A stretch of 50,682 nt of DNA from Coraliomargaritaceae bacterium (GTDB lineage: Bacteria > Verrucomicrobiota > Verrucomicrobiia > Opitutales > Coraliomargaritaceae), in contig CBFHKU010000001.1 in the NCBI GenBank assembly GCA_965656495.1, forward strand, positions 1 through 50,682, given 5' to 3'. Every line of letters starts with the position of its first letter. Positions within the stretch are counted from its first letter, which is position 1. Below are positions 43,342 through 50,682 of the stretch, piece by piece. The position numbers and the translations under genes were made by a program. Below the pieces are notes generated by a model. It searched no databases. It had not been told where the DNA came from and worked only from the letters and a program-made list of their open reading frames with translations.

Positions 43342-44673
43342 TTAGTCATGTGCAACGGTGCTTGGTTCCCGAGGATAGGGTTGTTCGCCTTCACTTTTTG
43401 CGATGACGACCGCCCCGACGGTATCGCTGAAAACGTTGACGGCGGTGCGGCACATATCGAGGAGGCGGTCGGTGATCCAAACCACCCCGATCGCTTCAAC
43501 CGGCAACCCGACTGCGGGGAGAATGACGGCAATCGCAACGAGGCTGGCGGCGGGGATTCCGGCGACCCCGATGCTGGTGGTGAGCGCGAGGATCACCACG
43601 AGTAATTGTTGCCCGAGGTCGAGGGCGACTTGCCCGGTGGCGGCGTAGAGTTGCGCGATAAAGAGGACCACCACGCATTCGTAGAGGGCGGTGCCGTCCA
43701 TGTTGACGGTCGCACCCAGCGGGAGAGTGAAGGCGCAGGTTTTGTTGGAGATTTTGGCGCGCTCTTCAACGGTCTCAATGGTGAGGGGGAGGGTCGCGGA
43801 GGAACTGGCAGTGGAAAAAGCGGTCAGGAGGACGGGCGCCATTTGGCGGAAGTGGGTGATGGGGTTGATCCCCCCGAGGAGGCGCAGGGCGAGCCCCAGG
43901 CTAAAGACGAGGTGAATTGCGAGGGCGAGCAGGACGGTGAGGAAAAAGAGGGCAATGGAACCGAGGAGATCCGCAAAGGGTGCGTGCAGGAGCACCGGGG
44001 TCACGAGTCCAAAGACGCCAATGGGAACGAAGCGGATAATGAAATTGGTGAGGTGCAGCATGACCGCTTGGGCACTGTCCCAGAATTGCGTCTGCGCCTT
44101 GCGCAGTTCGGGCGGGAGCACCCCGATGAAGGCTCCGAAGAGAATGGAAAAGGTAATGACGCCGAGGAGTTGTCCGTTATCGGTGGCGGCCTCTACGATA
44201 TTGGAGGGGAACATCCGCAGGAAGATATCGAGGAGGTCGCCGGAGTCACGGCCCTCGACTTTTTGAAGGAGGCCTTCGCTTTCGGCGGTGGCACTGGCTT
44301 GTCCGAGCAGGGCGGTGGCGGTTTCGCTATCGACCCGCCCGGGGCCGATGAGATTGACGAGGAGCAAGCCCACGAGAATGGCGGCGGCACCGCTGAGGCT
44401 GTAATACATAAAGGTCTTAAGGCTCATGCGACCCACGCCCTTGTTGGCCCCGAGGTGCATCACGCCCGAGATGATGGACGCCACAATGAGCGGCACGATC
44501 AACATCTTGAGGGCGTTCATGAAGAGGCTGCCCATGAAATTGCAGATTTGCTCGATGGTGGCGGCGGTGGCGGGATTGAGATTTGGGAGGAGCCCGCGCC
44601 CGAAGAGGAGGGCGAGGAGGAGGGCGGTCAGGATTTGCCAATGGAGCGACCAGCGAAGGGGATTGGTTTTCAT
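43342..44673 (-). CDS. dicarboxylate/amino acid:cation symporter (DAACS, GltP-like)
   Basis: LKMLIVPLI, AFSTASSSATLP, LPLGATVNMDGTALY, DRLLDMCRTAVNV. Confidence 0.95.
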   Translation of the reverse strand: MKTNPLRWSLHWQILTALLLALLFGRGLLPNLNPATAATIEQICNFMGSLFMNALKMLIVPLIVASIISGVMHLGANKGVGRMSLKTFMYYSLSGAAAILVGLLLVNLIGPGRVDSETATALLGQASATAESEGLLQKVEGRDSGDLLDIFLRMFPSNIVEAATDNGQLLGVITFSILFGAFIGVLPPELRKAQTQFWDSAQAVMLHLTNFIIRFVPIGVFGLVTPVLLHAPFADLLGSIALFFLTVLLALAIHLVFSLGLALRLLGGINPITHFRQMAPVLLTAFSTASSSATLPLTIETVEERAKISNKTCAFTLPLGATVNMDGTALYECVVVLFIAQLYAATGQVALDLGQQLLVVILALTTSIGVAGIPAASLVAIAVILPAVGLPVEAIGVVWITDRLLDMCRTAVNVFSDTVGAVVIAKSEGEQPYPREPSTVAHD

Positions 44674-44694
44674 AAGACGGCGCGGTTTTGAGTT

Positions 44695-45519
44695 TTAGAT
44701 TTTGAGGCGGGACCACGCTTCACCGGGGATGTCCTCGGGACGCGCGGTGGCGGGGTAGCCTTCTTCAAGGAGTGATTCAAACCATTGCTGGAGGGAGGGC
44801 GAGTCCTCTTTGCGGCAGAGGCTCCCCAGTTGTTTGCGGCGTTGCGTAAAGATCCGGCGGATGCATTCGCGGGTTGCTTGGTCAAAGCGGGCCGCATCTT
44901 TTTTGCGGTCGAGGCGCAGCAGGAGGGAATCGACTTTGGGGGCGGGGTGGAAACAGGCACCCGAAACAAGGTGTCGGCCTTCCACCGAATACGCCGCTTG
45001 TAGAAAAATCGAGATTGCGCCGAAATTCTTGGTGCCGTGCGTGGCAGTGTAGCGGTCGCCCGCTTCCTTTTGAAGCATGAGCACCATTCGTTCCGGTAAG
45101 GGACCGGCGAGGAGGGCATCCATCCAGGGGGTCGAGACTGCGTAGGGTAGATTGGCGACGACGTGGAAGCCCGCCTCCGCTTCAGCCTCGGGTAATTGCG
45201 CGGTGGGGAAGTCGAGGCAATCGCCTTGGGTGAGATGGAGCTTTGTTTGCTCGGGGACGAGCTCGCGTTTCAGGTAATCCGCGAGGGTCGGGTCGCGCTC
45301 GACTGCCCAGACGGGCTGCCCGTTTTCGAGGAGGGCGCGGGTGAGGGTGCCGAGACCGGGGCCGATTTCCACCACCGCCTGTCCGGGTTTCAACTCCGCG
45401 AGTTCCAGCGATTTGCGCACGATGTTGCCATCGATCAGGAAATTTTGCCCCAGTTTTTTATTGGGAAGGTGCGCGAGGGTTTCGAGCAGTTGTCGGGTCT
45501 GGCTGGGATTGAGTGGCAC
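44695..45519 (-). CDS. rsmA: 16S rRNA m6,2A1518/1519 dimethyltransferase
   Basis: KKLGQNFLID, EIGPGLGTLT, ANLPY, MLQKE, FHPAPKVDS. Confidence 0.97.
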   Translation of the reverse strand: MPLNPSQTRQLLETLAHLPNKKLGQNFLIDGNIVRKSLELAELKPGQAVVEIGPGLGTLTRALLENGQPVWAVERDPTLADYLKRELVPEQTKLHLTQGDCLDFPTAQLPEAEAEAGFHVVANLPYAVSTPWMDALLAGPLPERMVLMLQKEAGDRYTATHGTKNFGAISIFLQAAYSVEGRHLVSGACFHPAPKVDSLLLRLDRKKDAARFDQATRECIRRIFTQRRKQLGSLCRKEDSPSLQQWFESLLEEGYPATARPEDIPGEAWSRLKI

Positions 45520-45535
45520 GCGGCGTTTGAGGGGA

Positions 45536-46333
45536 TCATGCCTCGTGGAAGGCTTGCATTAAAGCGTCGCAGTCCTCGGCGTTCATGAGCGCTTCGCCCA
45601 CCAGAATGGCGTCGGCCCCGCAATCCCGCGCGCGTTCGGCGTCTTCCGGGGTAAAGATGCCGCTCTCGCTGATACGGACGATGCCATCGGGGATTTGCGG
45701 TATCAGGGATTCCGATACGGCAAGGTCGGTTTTGAATCGCTTGAGATCGCGGTTGTTGACGCCGATGATCTTGGGTTGGAATTGGAGGGCGCGTTCCAGT
45801 TCGGCGGCCTCGTGGATTTCGTAGAGGGCGTCAAGTCCCGCGAGTCGGGCGGCGTGGTCGAGGGCGCGGATTTCGTCATCATTGAGGGCGCGCACGATGA
45901 TAAGAATGCAACGCGCTCCGGCTTCTGCCGCTTCCACTACCTGAACGGGATGCACCATGAAGTCTTTGCGGAGGCAGGGAGTCTTACGGTTGTGGACCTC
46001 AAGGAATTCAACAACATCCCAAAGGTCCTGCATTTTGCCGCCGAAATAATCATAGTCCGTCAGGATGGAAAGGCAATCGGCCTCGGCATTGACGTATTGG
46101 CGCGCCTGATCGACGGCGTTGAGCGTGGGGTCGGCGATCTCGCCGGCGGAGGGAGACTTGCGTTTGATTTCGGCGATGACCGAGAGGCGGTCCGGGCGCG
46201 CGAGGGCGTCATGAAAGGAAGCCCCGGCGTCAATGTTTTGCGCCAAGCGTTCCAGTTCAGAATCGCGCACCGGCCGGATGGAAGTTTTGAGGGCTTCCCG
46301 TTTGGCGGCCATGATCTCGGCAAGTTTATCCAT
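45536..46333 (-). CDS. trpC: indole-3-glycerol phosphate synthase
   Basis: IAEIKRKSPSAG, LRKDF, IGVNNRDL, SESGI, LVGEALM; start re-called to MDKLAEI at 46333. Confidence 0.96.
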   Translation of the reverse strand: MDKLAEIMAAKREALKTSIRPVRDSELERLAQNIDAGASFHDALARPDRLSVIAEIKRKSPSAGEIADPTLNAVDQARQYVNAEADCLSILTDYDYFGGKMQDLWDVVEFLEVHNRKTPCLRKDFMVHPVQVVEAAEAGARCILIIVRALNDDEIRALDHAARLAGLDALYEIHEAAELERALQFQPKIIGVNNRDLKRFKTDLAVSESLIPQIPDGIVRISESGIFTPEDAERARDCGADAILVGEALMNAEDCDALMQAFHEA

Positions 46334-46859
46334 CCGGGTTGTCGCGACGGGCCTCGACCCAATCGATAATTTTATCGGGTTCGTCCTCGTATGCCCAGGC
46401 GACGCGCAGGAACTCGGCGGGGTGGATATTGTGAGCCTTGAAGAAAGCGCGATCCCCGCCGCAGTTATACATGGTGACCGGAGGCAGTTCACCCCGGAGT
46501 TTGGCGATCGCCTTCGGGATGATGCGGGGGAGCCACTCGATGCCCCGCACCGCGTCGGTTTTGGCGGGAAGGGTTTCGGGGTCGAGTTCCTTTTCGGAGG
46601 GCTGCCCCTTTTGCACCGTGATGAAGTAATCACGGCGCGCCTCACTCATCATGAGAAAGGTTTCAAAATCCGGCTCGCCGCGATTGATCCAATCTTCGGC
46701 GGCATCGTAGAGATCCATGATTTTCAGGCCGAAAGCCGCGAGTTGTTCGAGGCCTGCGGCATCAAAGTAGGTTTCCGGTTCCCGGTTCCCGCTTTCGTAT
46801 TTTGCAACCGCTTCAGTCCAAATGGCCTTGAGCGTTTCCTGGTAATTGTAGTGGTTCAT
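46326..46859 (-). CDS. DUF5069-like protein
   Basis: GIEWLPRIIPKAIAKLRGELP...YNCGGDRAFF motif; sits between pyrG and trpC with tight spacing. Confidence 0.75.
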   Translation of the reverse strand: MNHYNYQETLKAIWTEAVAKYESGNREPETYFDAAGLEQLAAFGLKIMDLYDAAEDWINRGEPDFETFLMMSEARRDYFITVQKGQPSEKELDPETLPAKTDAVRGIEWLPRIIPKAIAKLRGELPPVTMYNCGGDRAFFKAHNIHPAEFLRVAWAYEDEPDKIIDWVEARRDNPDG

Positions 46860-46865
46860 GGAGGC

Positions 46866-48596
<1,731 letters not shown>

Positions 48597-48753
48597 TCAC
48601 CGCAGCGAATTAGGCATCCCTTCGCACTTCAATGGTCGACTTAAGCGAAACTTATCGTTCCAATTCTAAAACCTAATAGATAAGGTATTATCTGCTTCTT
48701 GTTTGATAATTTTGACCTGCGCTAATACCACTTATTAATAAATTTCTAACATT

Positions 48754-49551
48754 ATGGTCACATTCTGCAGTTTTTTTAAATCCACGATTGGTCGCAAGAT
48801 TCTGATGGCCTTGACCGGACTGGTTCTCGTCCTGTTTGTGATGGGTCATATGCTGGGGAATCTCCAGATTTTCCTCGGGGCGGACGTCATCAACGCCTAC
48901 GCCTATAAACTGCACCATGTGCTCCCAACTCCCGCGCTTTGGGGCATCCGACTCTTCCTGCTCGCCTGTGTGGCGGTGCACGTATGGATGGCGATTACGC
49001 TCACCCTCGACAACCGCCGCGCCCGCCCGGAACGCTATGCCGTTAACAAGGTCGTGCAGGCCACCTACGCTGCCCGCACCATGCGCATGAGCGGCATCAT
49101 TCTCCTCGCCTTCATCTTTTTTCACCTCGCGCACTTCACGGTTCGGAGCGTCCCGGGTATGGAATACAACGACCCCGCCGTTCTATCGCCCAATGAAGTG
49201 CCGCTCGTGAAGCACGGCGCAGCGGTCATGAAGGACGGCAAAGAGATCATGACCTTCAACGTCAACGATATGATGGTAGCGGGCTTCCAAAACATTTGGG
49301 TTTCGGGCTTCTACCTTCTCGCGACCGGTCTCCTGTGCATGCACCTCGTTCACGGCGTGAGTAGTATGTTTCAAACCCTCGGCCTCCGCAACGCCACCTG
49401 GTTGCCCCGTCTCAATATCATCGCGCGGGCCTACGGCTGGGTGGTCTTCCTCGGCTTCGCCATCATTCCAATCGCGGTGCTCACCGGCGCCCTCGATGTT
49501 GACCCCACCGGCGGGGTAAAGGAAACCCTCGAAGCTCCCGCCGCCCATTAA
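48754..49551 (+). CDS. sdhC: succinate dehydrogenase/fumarate reductase cytochrome b subunit
   Basis: STIGRKILMALTG, HMLGNL, FHLAHF, HLVHGVSSMFQTLG; precedes the flavoprotein. Confidence 0.95.
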   Translation: MVTFCSFFKSTIGRKILMALTGLVLVLFVMGHMLGNLQIFLGADVINAYAYKLHHVLPTPALWGIRLFLLACVAVHVWMAITLTLDNRRARPERYAVNKVVQATYAARTMRMSGIILLAFIFFHLAHFTVRSVPGMEYNDPAVLSPNEVPLVKHGAAVMKDGKEIMTFNVNDMMVAGFQNIWVSGFYLLATGLLCMHLVHGVSSMFQTLGLRNATWLPRLNIIARAYGWVVFLGFAIIPIAVLTGALDVDPTGGVKETLEAPAAH

Positions 49552-49572
49552 TCCGAACGATTTGCCGCTGCC

Positions 49573-50682
49573 ATGAAACTAGACGCCAAGATTCCCGCCG
49601 GACCCCTTTCCGAGAAATGGTCCAGCCACAAATTCAACATGAAGCTGGTCAATCCCGCCAACCGCCGGAAGTATTCCGTGATCGTGGTGGGTTCCGGTCT
49701 CGCCGGGGGTGCCGCCGCCGCCAGCCTCGCCGAGCAAGGCTACAACGTTTCCTGTTTCTGTTATCAGGACAGCCCCCGCCGCGCCCATAGTATCGCCGCG
49801 CAGGGCGGCATTAACGCCGCCAAAAATTACCAGAACGACGGCGACAGCGTGCACCGCCTCTTCTACGATACCGTCAAGGGCGGCGACTACCGATCCCGCG
49901 AAGCCAACGTCTATCGCCTCGCGGAAGTCAGCACCGATATCATCGACCAATGCGTCGCGCAGGGCGTTCCCTTTGCCCGCGAATACGGCGGCCTCCTCGC
50001 GAATCGTTCCTTCGGCGGCGCGCAGGTCTCCCGCACCTTCTACGCCCGCGGTCAGACCGGTCAGCAACTTCTCCTCGGCGCCTATTCCGCCCTCAGTAAA
50101 CAAATCGGCCTCGGCAAGGTTAAGATGTATAACCGCCACGAAATGCTCGACCTCGTCATGGTCGACGGTCGCGCCAAGGGCATTGTCGCGCGCAACATGA
50201 CCACCGGGGAAATCACCCGACACGCCGCCGACTGCGTCGTCCTCGCGACCGGTGGTTACGGCAACGCCTTCTTCCTTTCCACCAATGCGCAGGGTTGCAA
50301 CGTTACCGCCGCATACCGCGCCCACAAACGCGGCGCCGGGTTTGCCAACCCTTGCTTTACCCAGATTCACCCCACCTGTATTCCGGTCCACGGCGAGAAT
50401 CAGTCCAAGCTCACCCTTATGTCGGAGTCCCTCCGCAATGACGGGCGCATCTGGGCACCCAAGGATCCCGCCACCGCCGCCAAAATCCGCGAGGGCCAGC
50501 TCGATCCTAACGCCGTGCCCGAAGACGAGCGCGACTACTACCTCGAGCGCAAATATCCCAGCTTCGGCAATCTCGCTCCCCGCGACATCTCTTCCCGCGC
50601 CGCCAAGGAACTCTGCGACGCCGGTCACGGAGTCGCCTCCACCGGACTCGGGGTCTTCCTCGATTTCCGCGACGCCATCCAA
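49573..50682 (+). CDS. sdhA: succinate dehydrogenase/fumarate reductase flavoprotein subunit (partial, runs off window end)
   Basis: Manual translation [16 protein letters not shown]...IVVGSGLAG...[16 protein letters not shown]...FTQIHPT...[10 protein letters not shown]. Confidence 0.97.
   Translation, partial: MKLDAKIPAGPLSEKWSSHKFNMKLVNPANRRKYSVIVVGSGLAGGAAAASLAEQGYNVSCFCYQDSPRRAHSIAAQGGINAAKNYQNDGDSVHRLFYDTVKGGDYRSREANVYRLAEVSTDIIDQCVAQGVPFAREYGGLLANRSFGGAQVSRTFYARGQTGQQLLLGAYSALSKQIGLGKVKMYNRHEMLDLVMVDGRAKGIVARNMTTGEITRHAADCVVLATGGYGNAFFLSTNAQGCNVTAAYRAHKRGAGFANPCFTQIHPTCIPVHGENQSKLTLMSESLRNDGRIWAPKDPATAAKIREGQLDPNAVPEDERDYYLERKYPSFGNLAPRDISSRAAKELCDAGHGVASTGLGVFLDFRDAIQ

Overview
Bacterial chromosomal window, most likely Verrucomicrobiota/Opitutales (inferred from the Opitutae-type TonB receptor N-terminus, PEP-CTERM proteins, the DUF5069-like gene and C-terminal S-x-[ND]-L-x-x-W...F[FY]RV tails). 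There are three blocks. (1) 1-7444 is a mobile/defence block: one IS3-family element sits inside another, which sits inside an McrA-like HNH gene. It is followed by AT-rich hypothetical and PD-(D/E)xK genes, a tRNA-Ser 3'-fragment (probable att site) with a tRNA-linked repeat, and an m5C methyltransferase plus MvaI/BcnI-family endonuclease pair. (2) 7868-32385 is a ~24 kb SusD-less polysaccharide-utilisation locus, probably for a sulfated galactan. It holds a LacI regulator with an atypical hinge, three odd-length operators, two PEP-CTERM proteins, a TonB receptor, a GPH symporter, a GH53-sulfatase fusion, four more sulfatases, an esterase, an EF-hand protein, two paralogous clan GH-A-like secreted proteins and a GH42. 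(3) 32578-50682 is GC-rich core genome: ndk, ispF, queA, tilS, ftsH, queF, an active plus dead HtrA/Deg pair, a RidA-family gene, a DAACS symporter, rsmA, trpC, pyrG, sdhC and partial sdhA. The most striking observations are that the ~200-aa body of the PEP-CTERM proteins reappears as an internal insertion in one glycoside hydrolase (a candidate novel glycan-binding module), and that the paralogous hydrolase has Ala where the nucleophile Glu should be.
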